Source of the DNA: Octopus sinensis
Lineage: Eukaryota
Reading direction: 5' to 3'
Length of the DNA stretch: 64,000 bases
Assembly (NCBI RefSeq): GCF_006345805.1
Contig: NC_043005.1
Coordinates: 30,690,001 to 30,754,000 of the forward strand
In this document: positions 12,947-25,953 of the stretch, one piece after another
Layout: the number at the start of each line of letters is the position of its first letter
How positions within the stretch are numbered: the first letter of the stretch is position 1
The notes under the pieces: generated by a model
The model's input: the letters and a program-made list of their open reading frames with translations, nothing else
What the model was told of the DNA's origin: nothing
Database searches by the model: none
Translations under genes and position numbers: made by a program

Positions 12947-13388
12947 AGTGTGTGCCCAAGGATGTGTGTGTATACACACACACATATACACATCAGGGAT
13001 AAAAGTGTTACATCTTATAAGTGAAAAGTAACCTTTAGAATATAAAGGGGAAAAAAACAGATTCTGATGTCAAACACGTTGAGTGTTTCTTTGATTTGCA
13101 GACACCTCGGCTATGACTAAAGGATACCTTCGTTATTTTGTGTGTATGCATCTGTGTGTGTGTGTGTGTGTGCGCGCGCGCGCGCGTGTTCCTTTCTCTG
13201 TACATGTGTCTGCGTGCATGTATGCGTATATGTGTATGTGTACGTAAGTATATGTATATGTATGCATAAATATGCATGTATGCATGTACGTTTGTGTAGA
13301 AGCATAAGTATAGGTCTCTCTCTCTATATATATATATGTGTGTGTATGTGTGTGTATGTATGTATGTATGTATGTATGTATGTGTGTG

Positions 13389-13420
<32 letters not shown>

Positions 13421-13559
13421 TGCATGTATGTATGTATGTATGTATGTATCTGTATATATATATCAAAACGAATAAAATATTTTTTTTATAAATTCTCTGA
13501 ATGCAACCAAACAATTGACGTTGGAAGGGAGTTGTTATCCAGAGATGTCCTTCGATTTA

Positions 13560-13984
13560 TAGGGTACAAAGAAAGGGAATAAGAAAGTTTGTACCTTTCA
13601 CACGTGCACTAGCGACCAGGCTGAGATGAAACAGATTCTTAAACTCGAATTACCGGGAACTGAACCGTCACCAATTGCGTCATACGATCTGTACCTTTTT
13701 TCAAAAGGTCAAAAATTTTAAAGGGACGAAAGAAAGTCGTAATTGCGTGTTTACGCATTCCCCAAAGTAAAGTAAATTTTCTTAAACCGGGGAGTGCGGT
13801 CGTCTTTCATACATTTCATTAAAGCAATTCGAAGACACAAAAATGACATGCAAGAACTACAAAAAAAAGGTAAAAATGACCGACTCACCTGAGATTTTAA
13901 TTAACTACCATGTAAATAGCCCGATGTTTTGTTTGTGTATATATGTATATATGTATGTCAGTAACATAAACAGGAATACTGAAC

Positions 13985-14052
<68 letters not shown>

Positions 14053-15373
14053 TTGCGACTGCTTTTAACGGTGATTGTTGTCCCTCGCGATCACTCGCTG
14101 CAAGAGTAGGGCATCGCTCACTGACGCCGTGTAAACTATCAAGACCTCGTTAGAAAAGAGATCGTGGTGTTGATGTCGATGATGACTACGGTGATAACGA
14201 TGATGATGACGATGATGATGATGGTGATGCGGTGATGATGATGATGGTGATGGTATTGGTGGTGGAAATGGTAGCGGTGATAGTAGTGGTGGGGGGGAGT
14301 GTGTTAGTGTGCTGATGTGGTGTATTTTAGTCAATAAAACAGTAAGCTGCACCACTAGTTGAAGATGGACGGATGAGGGAGGGTGGGAAGAAGTACTAGC
14401 GCGAAATACCACGAGCAGTAGTAGTAGTAGTAGTAGTAGTAGAGCTGTTGGTGGTGTTAATAGTCATTGATGTGAATTAAAGAAATAAAAAGAAAAAAGG
14501 AAAGACTGTCAAAGGGGAAACATTGCGATAAAGAACAATCGACAATACACACACACACACAGAGGCACATACACACACTCAAGCACATACACACACACAC
14601 ACAATACACACACACATACAGGCACATACACACACATACACAGAGGCACATGCACAAATACACACACACACAGGCACACACACACACACAGGCACATACA
14701 CATACACACACAAATACACACACACATACAGGCACATACACAGAGGCACACACAAATACACACACACACACGCTCACACAAATGCACACACATACATGTT
14801 GTTTCACAAGTCAAGGTACGAAACTCCCGGACCTTGAGTCACTTTGTAAGTTCAGACGATGAAAATCGTGTGTGTGTGTGTGTGTGTGTAGCAGAAGAAG
14901 CAGTAGCAGTAGTAGCAGCAGCAGCAGGAACAATAACAACAATAGGCATGCGGCTAATGCCGCAGGACTTCCATTCGTCAGATGTCGACTGGAAGATCTC
15001 TCTTATTCCTAACAGGGACCGGCCGTGTAATTCACCTTTACAAACAAGGCCGACGGTTCCTCTGTTTCTCAACAACCCACCCAGGTTACATGGTAAAAAC
15101 CGTGTCCGTCTTAACATTGCACAGCAATTGCACCCCATTCCATTATTGTGGTATTTCCATCTACCCGGGTCATTTCTTTATTTTTTATTCGCGTATATCT
15201 GCTATTTCTCTGCATCGAACCATCGTCTGCTGTGTTATTCTTTTGTGAGGTTTGACAGCCGGGTGGGACAACACGGAATCAACACCACCCCACCCACTGT
15301 CTATGATGCACAACTACGTCATGCTTTTACACACACACAAGGACAGACACGGGTGGCGAGGTAGTGTGTAAGT
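13560..15373. promoter_or_regulatory. CpG-enriched, transposon-poor segment; candidate bidirectional promoter or first-exon region
   Basis: Many CG dinucleotides compared with the flanks; minus-strand donor CAG|GTGAGT at 13889 and plus-strand donors at 15361 (GTAGTG) and 15368 (GTAAGT). Confidence 0.4.
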
Positions 15374-15436
15374 GTGTATGTATAAGAATACATGTAAGTC
15401 TATTTCTGTGTGTGTGTGTGTGTGTGTATGTGTGTG

Positions 15437-15474
<38 letters not shown>

Positions 15475-16157
15475 TGTGTGTGCGTGTGTGTGTGTGTGTG
15501 TGTCTACGTATGTATGTGAGTGTGTGTATGAGAATATATGTGAATCTGTGCGAGTGTGTGCGTGAGGGTACGTATGTGTGTATGTATGTGCTTATATGTG
15601 TATGTATGTGCTTATATGTGTATGTGTGTGCACGTGTACGTGTGACTAAATGGATGTACGTATATATGATGTCTACTTTGCAATCCAAAGTTGTATTTAG
15701 AGCCCACATGGAAAGTGGGGTCGGTGACACCTTCCCATCAGAAATTCACGGGTCCGCATCTTGATCTCCAGGCTTCGGACTGATGCACCAATTGCACACA
15801 CTACTCACAATATGCGCGCGCGCGCGTGTGTACATATGTGTTTGGCCCAACATACTGGGACCTGGAGTTGTCAGATCTCAGGATATTGGGCTTCAATAGC
15901 TAAAAAGACTGTTGTTGTTTAGCCCCCAGGTCAACACTAATCAAACAGGCCTGTGATCAAAGACATTCCATTTGTGACCATACTGCCTTTATGTATATCT
16001 AAGACTATATTTTCTACGTTCATTTTCTATTAAGACGGTTATGTTTTCATTTGATTTGGCTGCTATTTCTAGTGGGTCAAGTGACCGCTTACAGCCTCGT
16101 TGACTTACCTGAATGGCAGATTCATCCAAGCTTAGTGGATAGACATTAAAATGTTAT

Positions 16158-16188
<31 letters not shown>

Positions 16189-16568
16189 ATCTCGTTTGTT
16201 TTCGTAGTTGATGCTATATCTAGGAACAGATTGCTTTTCCTTAAAAGACACCAGGGTGTAATATGAGAGTAATTTTGGTTACTATTTCAAATAGATTGAC
16301 GCAGTAGCGGTAGTGGTGGTGGTGGTGGTGGTGGTGGTGGTGGTGGTGGTGGTGGTGGTGGTTAGCGTAGTTACCCGTAAGTTGCACCCTTAATTTAGTG
16401 TTTAATGTTAATACCGCAACAGATTCGAAACCGAAACGCTGGATAGCCGACCGGATACCACGGTGAGATCACTATCATTTCACGCGATCGGCATCAACCC
16501 ATCACATGATTCGACCGTCTAGAACTTTCTAGCTGAACCCTGTAAAAAGGTGGGGGGGGCAACTCCAT

Positions 16569-16916
16569 TACATGGTTCTGGGTTCAGTTCCACTGCGTGG
16601 CACCTTGGGCAAGTATCTTCTACTATAGCCTCGGGCCAAACAAAACCTTGTGAGTGGATTTGATTGACGGAAACTGAAAGAAGCCCGTCGTATATATGTA
16701 TATATGTGTGTGTGTGTCTGTTTTTGTCCCCACACCCAACATCGCTTGACAACCGATGCTGGTGTGTTTATATCCTGTAACTTAGCGGTTCAGCAAAAGA
16801 GACCGACAGAATAAGTACTAGGCTTCCAAAGAATAAGTCCTGGGGTCGATTTGCTCGTCTAAAGGCAGTGCTCCAGCATGGCCGCAGTCAAATGACTGAA
16901 ACAAGTAAAGAGAGTA
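16569..16916 (+). mobile_element. SINE family A, 5'-truncated
   Basis: Core and AAGTAAAGAGAGTAAA tail. Confidence 0.9.
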
Positions 16917-16962
16917 AACACACACACATACACACACACACAATCATCATCATCATCATCAT

Positions 16963-17002
16963 TAATGGGCATACCCAAGCCTCTTGGCCACACGCGCGCT
17001 CT

Positions 17003-17065
<63 letters not shown>

Positions 17066-17903
17066 CCCCTTTCTTCGCTCTTTTCTATCGTTACTATAAT
17101 GGCAGCTGCTCCTCGGAGCAGACTGGTCTTGTACCTCTACCACACAGGCACCTCCGACCAGCTTGTCCCTTACCTTCCGGCTCCTCTCGTGCGCCTGACC
17201 TCCATCCACATCCTTTCCTTGCACTTGTAGGAGGAAATACTCGAATCCTGCTGGCCTGGCCGGCCATCAAAGAAGCCATGGGAATCGACCCTTTGTAAAT
17301 TATGACACAGCTATTGTTCACAAAGGAACATGTGCAACCTGTGAAAGGTGTGCCGTTCAGTGGAAAGATTGAAAAAAAAACATGTCAAAAGACTTCATAC
17401 TGTGGCACCGGTTCCTTATGCCAGCCAGCACAACTGTGTATTATGCAATAAAATGTGCAAATCTTTGGTGGGGTTCAAGAGTCATATAAGGGCCTCTCAT
17501 TGCATCATCAATGACTCATTTCTGTGATTTTTTCTAGCAATGGCTTTGCTCGTATACAAGAAAGCAGCCACTGCTATATATCAGGTTGCACATGTTCCTT
17601 TGTGAACAATATAATTTACAAAGGGTCGATTCCCATGGCTTCTTTGATGGCCGGTCAAGCCAGCAGGATTCGAGTATTTCCTCCTACAAGTGCAATGAAA
17701 GGATGTGAGTGGAGGTCAGGCGCATTAGAGGAGCCGGAAGGTAAGGGACAAGCTGGTCGGAGGTGCCTGTGTGGTAGAGGTACAAGACCAGTCTGCTCCG
17801 AGGAGCAGCTGCCATTATAGTAACGATAGAAAAGAGCGAAGAAAGGGGAGAGAGAGAGAGGACAGAGCGCGCGTGTGGGCAAGAGGCTTGGGTATGCCCA
17901 TTA
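16963..17903. repeat. inverted duplication (arms 16963-17341 and 17582-17903) built from RTE LINE 3' ends
   Basis: The same peptide appears in both orientations in the ORF track; the spacer encodes NCVLCNKMCKSLVGFKSHIR (RTE-type C-terminal C2H2-like motif). Confidence 0.9.
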
Positions 17904-18088
17904 TATAAAATAATTATATAAATTATTTTATGTATTGGCTTAAGTCTTTCTTTGTTTGATTTGCATAATAGTGGTTTTGTCTCTAATTTAATATAATATA
18001 ATATTTTACTATAAAATTGGATTCAATCCTAAATCTGATTTTTCCCTGTAAATTTGGATTTATTCCCTAATATTTATTATTATATTAT

Positions 18089-18166
<78 letters not shown>

Positions 18167-18384
18167 CAGGCTGATGAACAGCTGTAAGATCCATTTTATA
18201 TCCATTTTATATGTATTATTTTTATGGTATTATCTTACTTATTGATGTATATTGTTTTATTCTGTATTATTCTGTTGGATTTGGGTTACGATTTAATCTA
18301 AATAATTAGTTAATAAATTATATGAATTGGTATTATCTGGTTGAGTGATTGAAAGAAGAAATCTATTCCTCCATTTTCTTATTT

Positions 18385-18449
<65 letters not shown>

Positions 18450-18510
18450 CAACAGAATGAGATAAAAATCCAAGGGTGCGAATAGTTTCCAGAACATTTA
18501 TAAAGAGAAG

Positions 18511-18557
18511 GTCTTACGGCTGTTTCCGGGATATTTTATTATCCCTTCATCAGAGAC
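18511..18557 (-). ncRNA. type-I hammerhead, same family as 10812
   Basis: Reverse complement: GTCT-CTGATGA-A GGGATA ATAAAA TATCCC G-GAAA-CAGCCG-TA-AGAC. Confidence 0.75.
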
Positions 18558-18983
18558 TGTCTGAGAAAACGGTTAAGCAATAGTTATTATAGAGAAGATA
18601 TGAAATACAGAGTGAAGGAGAGGAAGGAAAACAGACGTGGGACACGTGAGGATATTGTATCTGCAGTTCCATTATTTAAGCAGAATGGCATACATATAAG
18701 TTTCTTGTACCTTGTCTGTGAGTTCAATGGTATTTCTAATTGGTCATTCCAAGCATAGAGTCTTGTAAACGTCGTTATTCGATCGAGGGTTTATACACAC
18801 ACACACACACACAACACACACACACACACATACACACTAACACACTCACACACACACACACACACACACACATATAATTGGGAAAGGCCGGTTTATGGGA
18901 TTACCTTAGGTTTCCCTCCATATATACTCACATTGTGTACATTGTATATACATGTGTGTCTGTGTGTGCGATGGACTGTGTGT

Positions 18984-19033
<50 letters not shown>

Positions 19034-19391
19034 CAGGAAAATACTTTTTCAAATTGTTAACTGTATACTTTGATCTTAACTAAATTGCGAGTGGCCATTG
19101 AGATAAGCAGAAGAAGAATGTGTAGATTTGAAATGATAACAATTTAAAACTATGCATTACGAGTTTCCATAAGAGTGAAATTACAGACCAAATCCCGAAA
19201 TTAATGGTCATACTTGACAAATTCCGTAAGAGCGAGGTTCCGTAACCGGAGGTGGTCGTAACGCGTGGGATGTCTGTACTACATATAAAACAGAAATATT
19301 ATCAAAATGGACATCGCCACTTAGAATTTAAAACGCACTAGTGAAGTAAACAATTATAGTGCATCTGAGCACTGTATATAAGTTCCTTATA

Positions 19392-19596
19392 AGGCAGAAA
19401 CGTTAACACGCCAGGCGAAATGCTTATTGGTATTTCGTCTGTCTTTATGTTCTGAGTTCAAATTCTGCCGAGGCCGACTTTGCCTTTCATCCTTTCTGGG
19501 TCGATAAATTAAGTACCAGTTACTCACTGGGTCGATCTAATCGACTGACCCCCTCCCCAAAAATTTTGGACCTTTTGCCTACAGCAGAAAAGATTA
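19392..19596 (+). mobile_element. SINE family B
   Basis: Head, B box GTTCAAATTCTG and core. Confidence 0.85.
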
Positions 19597-20671
19597 TATA
19601 TAAAAAGAAACATTGAACCTGGCCGAGAACAACAGTGTGTGTGCGTGTGCGTGTATATATGTGTGTGTATGTGTGTGTGTTTTATTAAGTTATGGCAGTG
19701 TCTTCATGTTTCGAAGATTACGAAGAGCGGTGCACCCTCAAATGCCTATGTAAACCAACCCTTCATCTGCCTTCGTACTGTAGTTTTAAAGTAAGAGTCG
19801 CTCCGTGTAATCTGATCCCAATTTTGAGACTTGAAGTTCTGATCACAGAGGCTTAGCGGTTTATATTGGAGCGGTCTTTCCCTTGGTAAACTGCCCTACA
19901 AAGCCGGTGAGATTCACCCACCTTTGCGTTACCTGGAGGGTGTCAAAGAGGGCAGCCGACCGGCCGAGGGGCTGAACTCCTTGATTTGCTCTCGAGGTTG
20001 ATTCCCTTAACCTTTTCCTTTCTCAATGCACTCACAGGATTTGTGCTTAGAGTTTGTTCTATAACATGTTAATTAACCCTTATCTGGGGCCCCAAAAGAG
20101 AGTAAACCTGGGAATAATACGAAGAGATAGCCTCATACCCCTCGCAATCCTGAAACTCCCAAACCAGAGCCCCACTACCCGATACATTTTAAGGTCACCC
20201 TCAGGATGTGTGCGTGAGTGTATACGTGTATACGTGTATATCACCTTGATCACCTTGACCTACCAGTCCGTCGGGCGTCCATTTGACACACACACATGTA
20301 TGTGTGTATATATATATGTGTGTGTGCGTGTGTGTATATATATACATATAGCAGTGGCGTAGGGTGACTTGAAAACTAGAGCATACAGTCTATAATGCAA
20401 TCACCAAAGCAGAGAAAGGGGCAGTGGAGCCTTACCTTCCTCCTCACCAAAAGTTATTCTCTATCCCACTGCCTCTATCTGTAAATGTGATAGGAACTAA
20501 TCTTAATATGAGAAAATGTATTTCTACCAACAGGCCACACTTCGGGCTTGATACCCCTCTCCACTGGACTTGATGTTCCCCTATTAACAATACCCTGGCG
20601 ACAGGCCAACCATGATGGCTGTTATTGGTTGCTAGTGAAACCTGAAAGTAATAGAACCTATAAATATTTTT

Positions 20672-20876
20672 TTCTAATGTAGGCACAAGGCCAAAAATTT
20701 TGGGGGAGAGGTTCAGTCGATTAGATCGACTCTAGTACGCAACTGGTACTTAATTAATCGACCGTGAAAGGGTGAAAGGCAAAGTCGACCTCAGTGGAAT
20801 TTGAACTCAGAATGTGACACACGAAATACCACTAAGCATTTCGCCCGGCGTGCTAACGTTTCTGCCAGCTCGCCAT
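20672..20876 (-). mobile_element. SINE family B
   Basis: Reverse complement of head and core. Confidence 0.85.
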
Positions 20877-21095
20877 TCTAGAACCTACAAAAAATGAGCT
20901 GTTAAAATAAACTCATAATTTTATTGCCTTCACAGTGTTTACCGTTTTACAAAATCAAACTAGAGAACTGGAAAAAACACAGAGAACACAATGAAAAGAT
21001 TGAAAAGAAAAAAAAAAGAGAACAAAGAGAAAAAGAAAACAACCAAAGTAATTCACCATCTTGGGTTGAAAAGTTGTGAGCACCGGGAAACCTGT

Positions 21096-21890
21096 CTAAT
21101 AGCTATTGTGACACGCCAGCACGTTTGCAGCGTTGCCTCGGGTGGTGACGAGGCTGATGCGCTGGAACAGTCAAACGCCTTCATGAGCCCCACCAGTTAC
21201 CTCTGCAAAGCGAGTTGCCAGTGAAGATAGGAATCTCGCAGTTAGTGGTCCGACCCAACCAAACGTCTCGAACGCCACAGGATGGAAAATGTAGTTGGCT
21301 GACAGATCGTGGTAGTTCAGGATTTTGTTCCACTCGGCCGCAGAAGCTGTGGATCTCACCCTGACTGCAGCATCTAAGATGTGAGAAGAAGCAAAGGAGT
21401 CGCTAACTGTGACATCCCAGACAAAGCATCTGCCTTGCGACCAGGGGCACAGGGTGAGGCCGTCAGGTCGCTTCTCATCACATCTCGACAATCCAGATGG
21501 TTCCAAGATGGAGGGGATGTTTACCCGGGCCAAACTCCTCTTGAGTATCAGGTTCAACTCCGTATGACGTGCGAAGCAACCAGCATTCAGGTGGAAAGAA
21601 ACGCCATGGAGGCCTATGGAGTTGAGGAGCCTGCCACAACGACAGATCAAACCCATACATCAGCTCCCACTCTGAGGGCATCAATCCAGTCACCTGAGTA
21701 TTTGGCGGTAGTAGACATTAAGCGGTACCTTGAAAACTGGTCAGACTGGATGAAGAGAGAGTTAAAGGTGGCCTTCGAAATTATGTTGTCCCAAGCTCTT
21801 TGACTCCAACAGTCCGCCACTTTCTTGGAGTTCCTTGCAGCTTGGCCTCCAGATCTGTGAACCTTATGAATGCTTCTGCAGATCCACAGT
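21096..21890 (-). mobile_element. CRE-like non-LTR retrotransposon 3' fragment (restriction-like endonuclease)
   Basis: RHTELNLILKRSLARVNIPSILEPSGLSRCDEKRPDGLTLCPWSQGRCFVWDVTVSD...FHPVAFETFG...LFQRISLVTTRGNAANVL. Confidence 0.85.
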
Positions 21891-21899
21891 TGATTCTTT

Positions 21900-22400
21900 C
21901 GGCCTCTACCTACTGTCATACCGTCATAGTGCTGGTTATCTTTCACACCATGCCGCCCTTTAAAAAAATCATAAATTATGGTCTGGACGCTGCAGGCTTC
22001 CCTTCCCAACTCGAGCCAGCGAGGCTAAGCCAAGGGAATAGTAAAAAGTCTGACGATATGATAATTTTCCAAATCCGTAATTGGGTAGGCTCCTCATCTG
22101 GAATATGCCATACAGTTTCACTTTCTCTAGCGTCAGCTTAGTGTGTTCAGCTACTAACACAGACTCCGCTGCTTGTCAGGCTGAGAAAAGCAAACTGTCA
22201 AGGTATCGGTTGCTCTCTGACAGATTTATGGTCTAGTTTATAAAAGTGGAAACCTCTGGCGTTTTCGGTCCCCGCTCACTGCTATCAAGGTAAAGATAAC
22301 TGTCGGCAAGTGCAAGCCCCGTAAGTCAGAGGGGCTGTTCTAGCGTATCTCCCTCATCATCCTCTGGGGCAACGCCTTTTCCACTTTGCCGAGACCATGA
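21900..22400 (+). mobile_element. second CRE-like endonuclease fragment, opposite orientation
   Basis: HHAAL/..GLDAAGFPSQLEPARLSQGNSKKSDDMIIF...VETSGVFGPRS...RISLIILWGNAF. Confidence 0.75.
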
Positions 22401-22892
22401 GGCAGTCTGAATTACAGGAAATTGCATGCTCCACTCCTTTAATGTAAAGTTACGCCATATATATGTATATGTATAAAATTCTAAACTATGATGCTACTAT
22501 AAAAGAGATTTTAAAATCCTTTTTTCCTTCATTATTCTCTTACAATAACTGAAAGCAAGAAGGAAAAAACTACTTTACCATTCTCACTCTTGACCAAAAA
22601 CAACAGGGATTAATTCCCTGCTTTTTCTTCTTTTCTCAATAAGCAAACAGGAGCTTTCTCTGCTTAAATAAAATCGATTGTTTACAATTTACACTAAAAA
22701 ATGAAGGAATGGGAAATACAAAAAGATATCACGGGTACAAATGAGGATAGTGAAACCGAAAGTAGTATTTGATATATGTATCGACATAACATACATTCCA
22801 AACTGAAATCATGTCTGGCTAGTCACTGATTTAAGCTCATTTACCAAAAGTAGTATATTTTGTCAATAATCAATATAGTATTCATTTCATTC

Positions 22893-23271
22893 GTGTCACT
22901 TCGTCGTTTATTACGACGAGGGTTCCAGTTGATCCGATCAACGGAACAGCCTATCGTGAAATTAACGTGCAAGTGGCTGAGCACTCTACAGACACGTCTA
23001 CCCTTAACGTGGTTCTCGGGGAGATTCAGTGTGACAAAGAGTGTGACAAGGCTGGCCCTTTGAAATACACATACAACAGAAACAGGAAGAAAGAGTGAGA
23101 GAAAGTTGTGGTGAAAGAGTACAACAGGGTTCACCACCAACCCCTGCCAGAGCCTCGTAGAGTTTTAGGTATTTTCGCTCAATAAACACTCAGAACGCCG
23201 GGTCTGGGAAGCAAAACCGCGATCCTACGACCGCGAGTCCACTGCCCTAACCACTGGGCCATTGCGCCTCC
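22893..23271 (-). mobile_element. tRNA-derived SINE (family D), full length
   Basis: Minus-strand head TGGAGGCGCAATGGCCCAGTGGTTAGGGCAGTGGACTCGCGG; tail AACTGGAACCCTCGTCGTAA. Confidence 0.9.
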
Positions 23272-23869
23272 AAATTCATTTCATACACATGATATAAAAA
23301 TCATAATGACTTTATATATATACATAAAGCTGTTTTGGGAAAACGCCCATACAAATTTTATTCAACACAATAACATGCAAATTTTATTCAATATACATTT
23401 AGTACATATATTTCCTATGGTTTATATAAATGTGTTTTCAAATAAATATATTAGAATTTTCGTGTACTAAAGTATACATTTTTACAATACACAAACATAT
23501 AATGCATCATACATTACCGAACACAATCTCCAAGTTCCTTCATTGAGTCTTAGTAAACAACTAGAATAACATATACATAAAAAATTCATCATTTGAAAGT
23601 TACCACTTATTGCTTCCTCTCGCTTTGCATATATGCATGTATGCATCTATTGTATTAGATGGTTAACCCCCACCCACCCACATAGGGGCTAAACATAGAG
23701 GGGACAAACAAAGAGAGACAAAGGGATTAAGTCGATTAAATCGACCTCAGTGCGTAACTGGTACTTATTTTTATGTATAAATATAAAGGTATCTATATTA
23801 GTAGGTCTAAACTAACACAAAGTACAAATGACAGAGAAAATTAAAGGGAGTGGAAGAAAGGTGTTATAA

Positions 23870-23992
23870 GTCCAACAGCTGTTTCTGGGGGCTCGGCGAT
23901 CCATGATAATGCTGGTAGATTTAGTTCATTACAATATGTGGCCATATGGATGCGATTAACATAGGATAAGATGAGTCTCCATCATCAGGATA
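23870..23992 (-). ncRNA. hammerhead-like motif with an approximately 96-nt stem II domain
   Basis: Reverse complement: CTGATGA-TGGAG...CCCCA-GAAA-CAGCTG-TT-GGAC; stem I weak. Confidence 0.5.
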
Positions 23993-24059
23993 GAGAAGAT
24001 CTTACATTTCAGATCTTAATGCAGAGAAGTTCTGGAATGTAAGATATATATAAGCCTTC

Positions 24060-25480
24060 GATGAATTTCAACATCTGACATACGTTCCTACCGGAGAAAT
24101 CGGATCACTGCTCTTTGTTCTTCTTTGGTGCACATTGCTAGTGGAGCAGCCATGCTTACGCTGTAAAGCCAGAAAGAGAAATGGCGTGATCAGGCTCACA
24201 CTTCGATCACGTGACCACAACAGTACCAACTGTAAGCAAGCATGTGTAGAAATCCGTATCATGCATAAGCTGAATTTAATCAGACTATGCAAAAGGAGGT
24301 GCATATGTGAATGCAGGAGTTTTGCAGGAAGCGGCTTCCTATGTTAACAAAATGTATCCAGATTAGTCCAAAGTAAAAATGTAAGCGTATTGATGTTACA
24401 GACGAACAAATAGACTTTTCAAGATAGCCATGGGTAGGTACTGAAATCTCACTCAATGGCATAATTTAGCCAGCGAAGTTGTTTCAAGTAGCACCAGCTG
24501 AAGCCGAGGCTGTTCAGTGTTTTCCTGTAGAATTTCATAAAGGGATAAATGGCGGCAGATATTTATCGTGCCAAGTTTTTAACGCAAGTGAAACAGCCCT
24601 TTATTGGAAAAAGATGCCTGGAAATGTTACATAGCTAAAGAGTGAGCCAAGATACCAAGCTTTAAAGAGGCTAAGAACCGGGTGTCTCTACTGTTCTGTG
24701 GTAATGGTACTTGGGAATTTAAAGATAAACAATTGTTTATAGACCGTTCTGCTCGATCTCATCCCTTCAAGAACTTTATTTCCAAGCCTCCCTGTGCACA
24801 GGGTTTCTTACAAAAAGGGGTGGTTAACTAGAGTGATCTTTGAAGAGTGGTTTTTGGCCCTCTTGCATGTTGAAATGAGAGAGTACTGTGCCCTCGTGTT
24901 AGACAACTGTCCTGGCCACCTTACAAACTTAAATGACCCCCAAAATGAAATTACAGGGTTTTATCTAGCGTGTAACACCATCTCACTGTTGCAACCCTTA
25001 AACAAGGAAGTGATGGCCACCTTTCAACTTCTCTTTCTTGACCTTACCTTTGATACACAAGGTATTGGTGGACGACGGGGAACTGATTGTACAGTAATAC
25101 GGGAAACGATTCAACATTCTTCACGGCATTCACTTTATTCGAAAGTTCTGGCAAACTAAATCAAACCTCTTTTGAACGGAAAGCGCAAGTTCTTGCCTGA
25201 CATAACGCTAGTATTTGTTGTCTTAGAAAATGGTAACAAGGCGCAAGTCCTCAACAGGGCAGGGAGATTACTTGAGGATGGTTTCAAGAGCTACACCAAA
25301 ATGACATCAGGGACATTATGTAAGCTCAGGCGGGAGAATTAAATGACAGGGTTCTTGGAATTAGTTGTCGAGGAACAGAATGAGATGGGTGTAGAAGAAG
25401 AGGGTGACCGTGCAAAGCCTAGTCCAACCTAAAAACATAATGACCCACAGTAAGTAGTTGACTGATCTCGTGCATGAAAC
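24060..25480 (+). pseudogene. decayed pogo/Tigger (DDE_1) transposase
   Basis: VFNASETALYWKKMP, KNRVSLLFCGN, KKGWLTRVIFEEWF, LVLDNCPGH, TISLLQPLNKEVMATF. Confidence 0.85.
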
Positions 25481-25953
25481 AGATTCAAGTTTTGAGAAAA
25501 GAGCATCTGTGACTGCTCTTCTAGATTGTGGGAAAACATCCTGCAAAATATATAGAGGAGGTGGGGTGGGGTAGGGAAGTATCAAGTAAACAGTCAATGA
25601 CAACTACTTTCTTCAAGAGTCGTTTTTTTTTTTATGGTTCTCTTGCACCAGCACCAGTGCCAGTTCCATTACTATCGTCTGCACCGTAGCAAGTAGAATC
25701 AGTTCTGGCCTTTCTGAAGCGATCGCTATCAAGTTCTCTACTCCTGATGTCAGAGACAATGACAGTGACTCTGACTCTGACTCTAATCTTGACTCTAATC
25801 TTGACTCTCCATCTCTGTCTCCAACAACCAGAGATACAAATAACAACACACAGGTTGATGATGATGCCAACCTCATGGAACACCACCATTCCCACCTGAG
25901 TGTTATAATTTTCAGATTTTTTATTATTATTATTTACTAATAATGTTATCAAA

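Noticed and set aside
14834-15364. 176-aa plus-strand ORF
   Set aside because: Starts at a non-ATG codon, runs through (GT)n and (GCA)n, and has no recognisable domain; more consistent with UTR or promoter sequence.
16103-16109. Perfect minus-strand donor CAG|GTAAGT
   Set aside because: Lies inside a dispersed repeat (GCTGCTATTTCTAG family, also at about 30320), so it is not evidence for a host exon.
20448-20642. Minus-strand segment with good acceptor and donor
   Set aside because: All three frames contain stops; at most a non-coding exon, and it is next to a transposon-like end.
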